Virus record (IMG/VR): IMGVR_UViG_3300026522_001173
Origin: an uncultured virus (IMG/VR IMGVR_UViG_3300026522_001173)
Taxonomy: Duplodnaviria; Heunggongvirae; Uroviricota; Caudoviricetes
Strand: one strand, 5' to 3'
DNA length: 64,000 nucleotides
This document shows positions 9,998 through 19,227 of the stretch, in pieces; position 1 is the stretch's first letter, and each line of letters opens with the position of its first letter. The notes beneath the pieces are model-generated. The model had not been told where the DNA came from. It made no database searches and saw nothing but the letters and a program-made list of their open reading frames with translations. The position numbers and the translations under genes were made by a program.

Positions 9998-10660
9998 CTA
10001 TAACAAGCTTATATATAGATATGACTTTCCGTCCATATCCGTATTATCGAGTTTTAATTTTACTGTAACTTGGCTCAGTTCTACCCCTGATAATAGCCTT
10101 ACTTTTGGCAAGTAAAACGTCAGCACCTGATTACCTTCAATATGTCTGTCGTAATCAAATTGGCATTGTTCAACATTAAGCTGTTCAAACGAGAGTCCTT
10201 TTGCAATTTCAAGAAGGTCTTCATCTCTCAGACTATACTCCTCTGCAAGATTAGTAGTGTCATCTGGAATATACAGTCTCTCCACTTTATTGCAGTCTTG
10301 AACCTTATCAAGAAGGCTTGGAACGTCATCTTCACTGATCCAGCGATTCTGCGATTCATATCTGACAAGATACTTTTTCTGCCTGTCACTTAATTGCTGA
10401 TACAGTTCTTCACTGGACAAAGCAATTCTATGCAGAAGGTATAGATTTTCAATTCTTACCAGTTCAGTCTGTGAAATACAACTAAAAAAGCTGTCACCCT
10501 CTGCCAAATTACAAAGATCCATTTCCTCCTGGTCGTACCACCAAGGATTGTCCGGATGCGTTGCACGAGGCTTGATTTCTCCACCTGGAAATTGATCTTC
10601 AATCTTACCGCAGTAGACTAAAAGCTTTATTTTTCCTATCGGGTCATTTCCCATCTTCAC
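9998..10660 (-). CDS. Hypothetical protein with C-terminal MqsR/RelE-like domain
   Basis: YSLRDEDLLEIAKGLSFEQ...VLTF...VTVKLKL...YLYIS resembles MqsR-type toxins, but the terminal SFH reads SLL. Confidence 0.4.
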   Translation of the reverse strand: MKMGNDPIGKIKLLVYCGKIEDQFPGGEIKPRATHPDNPWWYDQEEMDLCNLAEGDSFFSCISQTELVRIENLYLLHRIALSSEELYQQLSDRQKKYLVRYESQNRWISEDDVPSLLDKVQDCNKVERLYIPDDTTNLAEEYSLRDEDLLEIAKGLSFEQLNVEQCQFDYDRHIEGNQVLTFYLPKVRLLSGVELSQVTVKLKLDNTDMDGKSYLYISLL

Positions 10661-11660
10661 TGTCAGGCTCCTTCAATCCCGCAAGAATCATGCCTTCTGA
10701 GGTATATGCATTCGGCATCATACTCTTTGTATGTTCCTGTAAAAGAATCTCGTGGTAGGCATTCCCGAAAAGTCCCAGATCAATCTCACCTTTGAGAAGA
10801 CTGCTCGCTGCCTTAAGTGTGCGCTTGATTCCGGTAAGCTCTCCACGATAATATTCAAGGTTCATGTAGTTATGTTGGCATTCGTGGTAGAGGCTGCCGT
10901 CATCCCATTGAAAATAGCCAAAGCCCGTCATATCTGTGTTATCTGCACTCTTTAATCTGCGTTCGTAGGCTTTCTTATCTTTAACCGGGTCCGTATTGAT
11001 TTCAGTTACCACGAAGGGGCCGCAATTGAGTCCATCGCTTTCAGGATACCTCAGGTCAACCACAATATCACCCTTCTGGAATGGTGTCGGGAAATAAAAC
11101 CACAGCCCTTCAAAGCTATTCCAACAAAGGTCTGTTTCATGCTCGTTAAGTCCGACAGCCGTAATGTCGATAATATCTCCGTTGCTTTTGATACGCATAC
11201 ACATATCGAGATTGCGGTCATTTATCTTCAGCTTCTCTACTTTAATCTCAACGACATCCATTCCTTCGTTTTCGCTATCAGCCTCCTTCATGCATTCCTC
11301 ATAGGAAGAAAACACACCATCTGAATCCGCAAAACACCTATCGCCTTGATAAAGGCTGGAATACCGATACACCCAGCCTTCCTGATATTTCCGAAAGTCA
11401 GATATGAGTCTTTTGTGGAGATCAATATACTCGGCGAGAAAACTATGCAGGCTTGGAATTTCAATACAGTTTATTCTTTCTGCCACGCTGCAATCCGGCA
11501 TTGTATCGATTATCTCCGTCCATGCCATAAACTTCTCTTCTAAGTTCATACTGCGATTCTGGTAGATAAGCCACGCAGCTTCAAGCGAATTAAAGACATA
11601 CCCTGTCTCAGTCAGATAATCTCGGATATCTTTGGAATTAATGAAGTTTGTTATGTTCAT
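10644..11660 (-). CDS. Unknown-domain protein, paralogue 1
   Basis: Aligns by eye with 11657-12775: INSKDIRDYL...EKFMAW..IIDT.PDC and PTPFQKGDIV. Confidence 0.8.
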   Translation of the reverse strand: MNITNFINSKDIRDYLTETGYVFNSLEAAWLIYQNRSMNLEEKFMAWTEIIDTMPDCSVAERINCIEIPSLHSFLAEYIDLHKRLISDFRKYQEGWVYRYSSLYQGDRCFADSDGVFSSYEECMKEADSENEGMDVVEIKVEKLKINDRNLDMCMRIKSNGDIIDITAVGLNEHETDLCWNSFEGLWFYFPTPFQKGDIVVDLRYPESDGLNCGPFVVTEINTDPVKDKKAYERRLKSADNTDMTGFGYFQWDDGSLYHECQHNYMNLEYYRGELTGIKRTLKAASSLLKGEIDLGLFGNAYHEILLQEHTKSMMPNAYTSEGMILAGLKEPDSEDGK

Positions 11661-12775
11661 TTTGGTTCTCCTCTCTGCAGTAAGCTTTTTATATCCGCAT
11701 CATACTCGCCGCATAAGGCTGTCCTGGCACATCTAAGTTCGCCCTCTCTGACAAGAAAACGATATACATTTGCAAATGTATCTTCACCGATTTTCCTTTG
11801 CAGTTTCATAGACAATAGTTTAAGAATTTTATCTTCGGCAGATTCACTCGGCTCGTAGTATTCCATATCAAGGATTTCTCTTGCGCCCATAATCCCGAAT
11901 CCATCAAAATCGATATAATAGGCACCCTTATACATAGAATAATTTCTTGATTTCGGTGTGATAACCGCATACCCGTATGCCATCATATCGGATGAATCGA
12001 CATGGTGCTTTCTCCCTTCAAGCTGTCGGTCTGCCCGTGATATTCGTCTATCATCTGCCGGAACACCGCGTTCAAGCATTGTTCTTGAATCCCAATAGTC
12101 AAAAGTATCAAGAACCAGTTTTTCTTCACAGGATTGTATAATATCTCCATGTCTGAACGGTGTCGGAATAATGAAATACAGCCCCATGAGTTCAGCTTCA
12201 ATATCCAGATCTCTATCGTTCATTCCTTCAGAAAAAGAGACATCGATAATATCAAGGTTCTCGTCACATTCAAGATAGATATGCGGCTTGGAATCCGGAG
12301 AGTTCAGTTCCGCTCTGGATATCCTGTAAAAATCAGCTCCGCCATCATCCTCCATAAGGACCGACTTGATGTACTTTACGCAAGCCTCATAGGTTGTAAA
12401 ATAACATTCCTGCCCATTTCTCCATCCATCGTCATCAGCGTTGTAACGGAAAGTCTTGTGATGCCATCGGCTGACATAGTAGATATATTTCCCGTGAGAA
12501 TTATCCTTAAACCGATCGATCTTTCTGAATTGCAGATCCATATACTCCCGCAGAAACGCATGATAAGAAGAAAGCTCCATATGATAGACACCTGCCGCTT
12601 GCGTACAGTCTGGTTCTGTGTCTATGAGTTCTTTCCATGCAGCAAATTTCTCATTAAATGTCGTGCGACTATTATGGTAAATGATTGCCGCCTTTTCCGG
12701 GAGTGTAAACTCATGTCCAATTTCTTTGATATAATCCGTTATTGCCCTTGAAGGTATGTACTTGTATATATCCAT
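11657..12775 (-). CDS. Unknown-domain protein, paralogue 2
   Basis: IPSRAITDYI...EKFAAW..LIDT.PDC and PTPFRHGDII. ATGA overlap with the next gene. Confidence 0.8.
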   Translation of the reverse strand: MDIYKYIPSRAITDYIKEIGHEFTLPEKAAIIYHNSRTTFNEKFAAWKELIDTEPDCTQAAGVYHMELSSYHAFLREYMDLQFRKIDRFKDNSHGKYIYYVSRWHHKTFRYNADDDGWRNGQECYFTTYEACVKYIKSVLMEDDGGADFYRISRAELNSPDSKPHIYLECDENLDIIDVSFSEGMNDRDLDIEAELMGLYFIIPTPFRHGDIIQSCEEKLVLDTFDYWDSRTMLERGVPADDRRISRADRQLEGRKHHVDSSDMMAYGYAVITPKSRNYSMYKGAYYIDFDGFGIMGAREILDMEYYEPSESAEDKILKLLSMKLQRKIGEDTFANVYRFLVREGELRCARTALCGEYDADIKSLLQRGEPK

Positions 12776-12777
12776 AG

Positions 12778-13485
12778 TTACCCATCCAATCGAAATTCTT
12801 TCATATCGTTCAGTCTAAGCAGTACCGGCTCCTCGCCATAAGCAGCTCCGACATCAATATCAATCCATGTGTCTGTCTTTATGATTTTCCCTCTGAAAGT
12901 CTCCCCATAACTCATGCTTGGAGTGTGACCGAACACGGTTACGATATCTCCATAATATTTGTCCGTAAGTTCCGGCCATGCCCACAGCAGTTCCTCTGCA
13001 GTATAGTCTGAAGGTCTTTTTTTAGGGCTGAAATTATCAAGTCCGGCATGCACCAACAGATATCGTTTCCCTTCAACTGCGATTTCTTCATGAAGTGGAC
13101 AGTTCCGTAAAAAATCAAAGATTTTTCTCTGCTGCCTGCGGGGGATATTCTTTAAGGCTGCAAGGGTAACATCTCCGCCGTTTAACATATAATTGTTCAG
13201 AAGTTCCATGTTATCGGCAGATGTGATTGTATTTATATTCTCTTCCGTGACCTCATCAAGAATAAACTCACAGGAAAGCAGCATCGCTTCATGGTTGCCC
13301 ATAAGCATATGAACATTATCCTGTCCTATGATCCACTGGAGCATTTCCACTCCGCCATCTCCGTTGCGGTCTATAACATCACCTAAAATATATAGTTCGT
13401 CCTCGCCGTTAAAGTCGGCTCTGTTAAGGAGCAACTTAAAACTGCTCAGCGGGTAACCGTGCAGATCAGATATGACGTACACCAT
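12778..13485 (-). CDS. Calcineurin-like metallophosphoesterase (PPP / lambda phosphatase type)
   Basis: SDLHG, GDVIDR, GNHE, VHAG, FGHTP and IDVG motifs. Confidence 0.92.
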   Translation of the reverse strand: MVYVISDLHGYPLSSFKLLLNRADFNGEDELYILGDVIDRNGDGGVEMLQWIIGQDNVHMLMGNHEAMLLSCEFILDEVTEENINTITSADNMELLNNYMLNGGDVTLAALKNIPRRQQRKIFDFLRNCPLHEEIAVEGKRYLLVHAGLDNFSPKKRPSDYTAEELLWAWPELTDKYYGDIVTVFGHTPSMSYGETFRGKIIKTDTWIDIDVGAAYGEEPVLLRLNDMKEFRLDG

Positions 13486-13500
13486 GTTTTTCAGTTCTCC

Positions 13501-13833
13501 TCATTCATCAAGATAGCAGTGATAGTGCCTGCTATAATCCCGCTTAAGTTGATACTCCTTAAGCCCAAAGGCACAAGCGATCTTCTCAATAGTCGCATCA
13601 TCAATGTGAGGGCTGCAGTATATAATTGCTGTTCCTCTTGCACCTATAACGACACGTCCTCTCGGATAGTAATCAAAGCTCTTTCCTGTATTCAAGCAGT
13701 TCCATGCTTTCCACAGTCTTTCGTGATTATATGAATCTCCGGCTTTTGATACTGCCTCCGGAGCATCTACACTCCCGAATGGAAACATCTTGATCTCATC
13801 ATCTACAATCCAAAACACGCCCTGTACTGCCAT
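13501..13833 (-). CDS. Hypothetical protein with FDYYPRGRV motif
   Basis: Coupled ORF inside the operon with conserved-looking NH..LW, YYPRGRV and HYHC segments. Confidence 0.65.
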   Translation of the reverse strand: MAVQGVFWIVDDEIKMFPFGSVDAPEAVSKAGDSYNHERLWKAWNCLNTGKSFDYYPRGRVVIGARGTAIIYCSPHIDDATIEKIACAFGLKEYQLKRDYSRHYHCYLDE

Positions 13834-13844
13834 ATCGCAACTTC

Positions 13845-14366
13845 CTATTCGACATAATCCATCCACGGTATTTGTATTACTTCTCGTCCTTTCATCTGCG
13901 CATACTGAATCGTATTAAAGGTTCCGCCTTTCTTTCCGCTTCTTTCATCGTAAACGGCGATAACAATCCCGCTATGATCAACCATATACTGGTTTCTTTC
14001 ATGGTAGGCGCGAACATGGTATGGAATCGTAGTAACCACATGTACTAAATCCGCCTTTTCTTGTACTGCACATGCCTCCGGAGATAATTTATTATGCCCC
14101 TCAAACGGCAATGCAATCTCAAGTTTGATAGCCGGATCAGTTTCTTTCTTCTTCAATACAATTTCTGCAGCCCATGTATCAACTCCCAGAGCGTTACCGC
14201 AGATAAAATGAGTAACCCCATCCGAAATAGCAGTGTTAATTGCATCTTCAAGCGCAGAGAGTAGTTTCATGCACCGAGAATCTTCCTTATCATCACTCCA
14301 GGGGAATGCATTAGGCCTGTGCCCGGTAAAGCAGCATGTATTTATAATTTCTTTAGTTATGCCCAT
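13845..14366 (-). CDS. SLOG-family protein (YpsA/DUF1273-like)
   Basis: CFTGHRP, FICGNALGVDTWAAE, RNQYMVDHS..VIAVYD and GGT motifs. Confidence 0.9.
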   Translation of the reverse strand: MGITKEIINTCCFTGHRPNAFPWSDDKEDSRCMKLLSALEDAINTAISDGVTHFICGNALGVDTWAAEIVLKKKETDPAIKLEIALPFEGHNKLSPEACAVQEKADLVHVVTTIPYHVRAYHERNQYMVDHSGIVIAVYDERSGKKGGTFNTIQYAQMKGREVIQIPWMDYVE

Positions 14367-14398
14367 GAGATCAGGCCTCCTCTAATCCTTGTGATCAA

Positions 14399-14432
14399 AT
14401 TATATCAAGCAATATGGAGTAAAAAGCGGACA
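14399..14432 (-). promoter_or_regulatory. Promoter: 18-bp box, N10, TATAAT
   Basis: Minus strand TGTCCGCTTTTTACTCCA-N10-TATAAT upstream of the SLOG operon. Confidence 0.6.
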
Positions 14433-14492
14433 TCAAATTTATGATAGAAATGAGTAACATTTCACCGACTCTTTCAATCGTCTTCAGCAGAA

Positions 14493-16775
14493 TCATACTT
14501 GCTTAGACCTACGAGAAGGTAAATTCCTTAATTTTACATCCATGCAGACCTTTTGATATGTTTCCGGGTAGTTAGCTTTAAACCATAGCATTTTCATTAC
14601 CGCTATCGAATAGGAGACTGCGTGGCTTTTAGGGAACAGGTACTTTATTTTCTTAAGCGACTCGGTGTACCATTCCGGCACATTGTGTTCTCTTAAGATT
14701 TCATCCCACTTCTCACTGTACTGTCCTTTTCTTGTTGTCTCCATAATCGTATATGCAGTTTCCTTATCAATTCCCATCTTTAAAAGATAGATGTAGATAT
14801 CATCACGGAATGCAATCACCTCGGACATGGTGGCAGTTCCATTTTCAATCAGCTCAACATTTTCACTGAATACCCCGGTTCCGTGTTCAAGGCCGTATGC
14901 TTTAACAAATTCACCCCAGTTTTGAAAATGCGTCTGGTTAATATCTTCCAGAAAATAATCCGATGAAAAATCCGGCAGCTTCAGTAATCCGGAATCAAAA
15001 TTGATTTCTGACAACTCGACTCCTGTTCGCTCTGACAGCATACGCAATATTGTAGGATTATCGTGTCCGAGAATATCCATATCAATGAAATTGGTTTCAA
15101 GCGTATGCCAATCAAAATGCGTCTTTATGCCGCTTGTTTCATCTCCAGGAACGCAATATTCAATCGGCGTGTACTCGAATATCTCTTCATCGTTCGGGAT
15201 GAACAAGTACTTACCTGGGTTGATTCCCGTGTCCCGTTTTATTCCGGTTAATCTGTCAACAACTTCACTGATTTCATCACTGCTAACATCCGGGCAAAGA
15301 TCGTTATCCTCGGAGTAATACGCATCAACCAGTCCTCGTGCATGTTTCCAAGCTATTGTTGCTATCGTACCTGCCCGGCAAACCTTGTACTGCTTAAGAA
15401 TACCTGATGTGTAATTTACTATGTCACTTTGAATCTCACCGGAAAAATTCAAATCAATATCGATTTTCTTGTTGCCGTTCAATCCGAAGAATGTTTCAGG
15501 AACAATGTTGTAACCATCTTTGTGCATAGGTTTGCCGCAATGAGGACAAACCTTATCGGGCATATCCTGATATATCAGATCAACAAGTTTGTTCTCCGAC
15601 TGCACTGCATATTCAAAATATGAATCCTCGCTGCAGTAATAATGTGCAGGCAGAGGATTAACACCCGTTATCCCGAGGAAATATGCCGCAAGGCTTGCTG
15701 CTACACAGCCTCTGGATGTCACAGGATATCCTTTACTTTTTGAATATTCCACCTGCTTCATAGCAATCCAAAAAGATAGATAATCTTCATCTGAGATAAC
15801 CTTCAATTCATCATCCAGTCTCGAAATGACACTGCTCGGTAGATCGTCCTTGCCGTATTTTCTATGAGCTTCATTGTAGATATCAGCTGTGAGTTTTTGG
15901 ATTTCACTATTGTCGATGGCGGGAATGTATCTTTTCTCAGAGAGAGGACTGATATTTTCTATTCTGTCCGCAATTCTTTGAGTATTGGTAACGACTACCT
16001 CCATAGCCTTATCTTCGCCAAGCCATGCGAACTCGGATAGCATCTCATCCGTAGACAGCAGGCTCATACAGCAGTCTTTTTTATAATCGTCATACCCATG
16101 CCTTAACACCTTGTAAATGTCGACATCTTCTTTGTTAAGGTAGTACGCATCACTTGCGGCACATACAGGAATATGAAACCTCTGTCCAAGCTTAACAATC
16201 TCTGAGGAGGCACCTCTACTCAGCTCTGCCTTTTCCTGATCGGAGATCTGCCTTTCTTTCAACGCTCCTATTAAAGCTTCCTCCGGCACTATCTCAAGAT
16301 AGTCAAACCATTCAGCCATATGACAAACTCTGTCGGCATCTCCCATAAGGAATGCCCGGTAAAGGCATCCATCTGCGCCTGCGGAGCCTATAATGATGCC
16401 TTCACGGTGCTTGTCAAGCACTCTTTTCGGAAGAATCGGCATATCCCTGTAATATTCCATGTTTGCCTTTGAGAGAAGCTTATACAGATTCTTTCTTCCT
16501 GTTTCGTTTTGCACGAGAAGTACAACAGGAAATGTACCGTTTTCCAACTCAACGCTGATTTCAAGACCATAGATGATTTTATATCCGAGAAAACTTTTTG
16601 ATGCTCTGTAAGCATCAGGAAACGCCTGCACCGAATCGATGTCGGTCACAGCGACAGCATCCATTCCAAGGTCTATGGCTTTGCTTATTATTTCCCCGGC
16701 ATCGTAAAGTCCGGCCTTCCGGGACATTTTCGTATGACAATGCAGTTCTACTCTCGACAGCTTTATATTTTCCAT
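14493..16775 (-). CDS. polC: Truncated PolC-type DNA polymerase III alpha homologue (PHP, palm, thumb and fingers only)
   Basis: RVELHCHTKMS, SRGCVAAS, VNPLPAHY, CPHCG, DIDLNFSGE, DILGHDNPT and KIKYLFPKSHA are PolC motifs. At 760 aa it lacks the OB domain, exonuclease insert and C-terminal domains. Confidence 0.9.
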   Translation of the reverse strand: MENIKLSRVELHCHTKMSRKAGLYDAGEIISKAIDLGMDAVAVTDIDSVQAFPDAYRASKSFLGYKIIYGLEISVELENGTFPVVLLVQNETGRKNLYKLLSKANMEYYRDMPILPKRVLDKHREGIIIGSAGADGCLYRAFLMGDADRVCHMAEWFDYLEIVPEEALIGALKERQISDQEKAELSRGASSEIVKLGQRFHIPVCAASDAYYLNKEDVDIYKVLRHGYDDYKKDCCMSLLSTDEMLSEFAWLGEDKAMEVVVTNTQRIADRIENISPLSEKRYIPAIDNSEIQKLTADIYNEAHRKYGKDDLPSSVISRLDDELKVISDEDYLSFWIAMKQVEYSKSKGYPVTSRGCVAASLAAYFLGITGVNPLPAHYYCSEDSYFEYAVQSENKLVDLIYQDMPDKVCPHCGKPMHKDGYNIVPETFFGLNGNKKIDIDLNFSGEIQSDIVNYTSGILKQYKVCRAGTIATIAWKHARGLVDAYYSEDNDLCPDVSSDEISEVVDRLTGIKRDTGINPGKYLFIPNDEEIFEYTPIEYCVPGDETSGIKTHFDWHTLETNFIDMDILGHDNPTILRMLSERTGVELSEINFDSGLLKLPDFSSDYFLEDINQTHFQNWGEFVKAYGLEHGTGVFSENVELIENGTATMSEVIAFRDDIYIYLLKMGIDKETAYTIMETTRKGQYSEKWDEILREHNVPEWYTESLKKIKYLFPKSHAVSYSIAVMKMLWFKANYPETYQKVCMDVKLRNLPSRRSKQV

Positions 16776-16801
16776 TTGTATAACCCCCTGTTCTAATCGC
16801 T

Positions 16802-16979
16802 TTATGCCAGATGGATGTCATGGTGATACAGATACATCCATGCGTTAAAATCCGGGATATTGTCAAACACCTGATTATCCAAGAGTTTTTTGTGATATCC
16901 GGGAATATCCAACTTACTGCAATCCATAGTACCTGTTTTTTGTATGTTCGTTATAATCGGGAAAGTTTATAATGTTCAT
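16802..16979 (-). pseudogene. Small ORF apparently frameshifted in an A6 run
   Basis: AGGAGG plus ATG at 16979 gives 21 aa. Removing one A at 16936-16941 joins it to MDCSKLDIPG...HDIHLA. Confidence 0.35.
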
Positions 16980-17020
16980 CTTAGACCTCCTGTTTACTGT
17001 AATCATATTTGTGTGCCGAT

Positions 17021-18637
17021 TTATGGCTCATCAGTTTGTATGGCTCTCTGAAGAAGCGGCCAGACCTTTTCTTTTCCGTAAGGGTCATTCACACCGCTGG
17101 TTTTCCAATCGCGCTCATGTTCCGTATTGTTCCAAAGCTCCCAGAACTTTGCAGCACACTGTTCATTGTCTCTGAGCACTTTCTGTATCTCTTTCAGAAA
17201 ACTTTCATCCGCTATTTCTTCTTCACTGGAAAGTCTAAGCTTGTACAGCGGAGACAGTAGAGGACCATAGCTGTGGAGTTCAAGATCCTGATAAAGCCTG
17301 CCTGACTTTAGCGGCTCCAACCTCCATTCTCCATCTATGTATGGCACTTCAAATAGTATATTGGGAAATACATAATCGTGCTGACTGACAGACTCTATAA
17401 CAATGGCGTTAAATGCTGGTGCATATGGGCGGCAGTCAATCCTTATAATGTCCCCGGTTGTAAAAGGGGTATCTAAATTTAAAGGCAATGATCCGTGACT
17501 GTATTTACTGCTTCGTGACAAGCTAAACGAAGCTTCATCTGTCATAAGCGTTTCAAACCAATTCTCATATGGTTCAAACCAACAAACCTCTCCATCCGGC
17601 GTCAAGTAATACTCATATTTAAGAGAATATTCCCGGCATGCTATGCTCCACAGCTGCACCTTATAAAAACATTCCAGTGACGCTTCTCCTGCCAATCTTT
17701 CAAAGTCTATATACTGAAGTATGCTGTCTCTTCCTGCAAAGAGTCCAACAGGAAACTCTTTAAGAGTATATACATCCTGATCGTACCAGCAGAAAAAGAG
17801 ATACAGCACAGACTGCTCCTGTTTTGAATCAGCATAACTTTCTAAAGCCTGTTCAATATCCTCGAGAGAATTCTGAAAGGAATGCCCGATTACCCAATCT
17901 ATACCCATCCGAATATGCCGGATATCAGCATTTTCTTCTTTCCTTCTAACAACCTCTTCACATATATCATGCAGGATATTTTCCGTTTCAACGAGTCCAT
18001 GAAGTAATTTTATCTTTGTTTCCAAACTGACAGGCGCCTGGCAGATTATTTTATTCAGCTGTATTACACCTAATCCTGTGCTGCAAAGGTGAGATACCAT
18101 AGCAGCCGACATTCCGCATATAGCGAGAATATCTTCTGTACTTAGGTTTTCAGAAATCACATCCCGTCTTTCTTTGCAATCTTCTGCCAAGGCCCTTATA
18201 TCATCAAGCCTGTTAATATCCGTCCAGCATTTTACATCAAGGCGGTATAGCTTTATCTGTTTACCCAGCGAAACAAGCACTGCCATATTGATAAAAGCAC
18301 CGAGGCTTTTACCATCCCATACAGTAAGCCCCGCATCTGCTATTTCACAAAGACGATAATCCAATGCATTGTGTTCATCGTTATCGAATCTGCTGATACC
18401 GCTTCCATCGATACACAAATCCGGATACGGCATGACCTGTTCCGTTTCATCATCTATGAAATAAGCTGTGGCGTTCCCATACCACTTGTCCGACAGATAC
18501 TCCTGCACAGCCCATTCAAAACCGATCCGGCTGCCGAGTACTATATGCGTATCACTTTCAATCAGCTTGTCGAGTCCTGATTTGACCGCATCATCCAGTC
18601 TGAGGTTCATATGTGAGCCAAACACAAATACTGTCAT
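17021..18637 (-). CDS. SLOG-like domain fused to unknown-domain paralogue 3
   Basis: N-terminal VFVFGS...IVLG..G...AVQEYL...ADAGLTVWDGKSLG fits SLOG. The C-terminal part has II..APVSLETK and DTPFTTGDII. Confidence 0.7.
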   Translation of the reverse strand: MTVFVFGSHMNLRLDDAVKSGLDKLIESDTHIVLGSRIGFEWAVQEYLSDKWYGNATAYFIDDETEQVMPYPDLCIDGSGISRFDNDEHNALDYRLCEIADAGLTVWDGKSLGAFINMAVLVSLGKQIKLYRLDVKCWTDINRLDDIRALAEDCKERRDVISENLSTEDILAICGMSAAMVSHLCSTGLGVIQLNKIICQAPVSLETKIKLLHGLVETENILHDICEEVVRRKEENADIRHIRMGIDWVIGHSFQNSLEDIEQALESYADSKQEQSVLYLFFCWYDQDVYTLKEFPVGLFAGRDSILQYIDFERLAGEASLECFYKVQLWSIACREYSLKYEYYLTPDGEVCWFEPYENWFETLMTDEASFSLSRSSKYSHGSLPLNLDTPFTTGDIIRIDCRPYAPAFNAIVIESVSQHDYVFPNILFEVPYIDGEWRLEPLKSGRLYQDLELHSYGPLLSPLYKLRLSSEEEIADESFLKEIQKVLRDNEQCAAKFWELWNNTEHERDWKTSGVNDPYGKEKVWPLLQRAIQTDEP

Positions 18638-18648
18638 AATCGATCCTC

Positions 18649-19227
18649 CTACACCAGATATTCCTTATCGGCAAATGAAACTTTTCTTCCGTCCGGCCCT
18701 ACACGGAGATATGCCTTCCCACCATGATAATCATTGATGTTGAGCCTTTCCCACTCGTATTCCGTATAGGCATCCATCGTTTCAATACCAATTTCGGATA
18801 TAGCAGTGTACGGTTCGATTCCCCAGTGGTGAACATCCCGGAAAGCATATACCTTGTCGTTATAGACCGCTCCTGCGACAGCATAAGCCCCTTCTGAAAC
18901 ATGGATGACCTTATGAGCCTTTGTATCCCAGATAAAAATCACTCCGCCCTGACCGCTGGCTGTGATAAGAATGAAAAGCAGATTATCACCGTCAAGAAGC
19001 GTAGCACGGACAGACTCCACATCCGCCTTGCTTGCATAGAACCAATACGGTTTTATTGTTGAGTAATTGATTTCATACTCCTTTCCTTCGCTTAGATATT
19101 TTGCTATCACATCATCTTTGCAGACCAGCTTGAACTTTAATATATTTCGCATATTATCCTCCGATCTTCTGAACTCAGTCAGAGTCTTTGTTTTTTTCCG
19201 CATTACTTCTTGTTTGCTTCTTTCCAA
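18649..19227 (-). CDS. Hypothetical beta-rich protein
   Basis: 192-aa ORF coupled to the Ada-domain gene; start codon uncertain. Confidence 0.6.
   Translation of the reverse strand: MERSKQEVMRKKTKTLTEFRRSEDNMRNILKFKLVCKDDVIAKYLSEGKEYEINYSTIKPYWFYASKADVESVRATLLDGDNLLFILITASGQGGVIFIWDTKAHKVIHVSEGAYAVAGAVYNDKVYAFRDVHHWGIEPYTAISEIGIETMDAYTEYEWERLNINDYHGGKAYLRVGPDGRKVSFADKEYLV

Noticed and set aside
14493..16775. Host replicative polC marking the end of the prophage
   Set aside because: It is about half the normal length, lacks essential domains and is embedded between phage modules.
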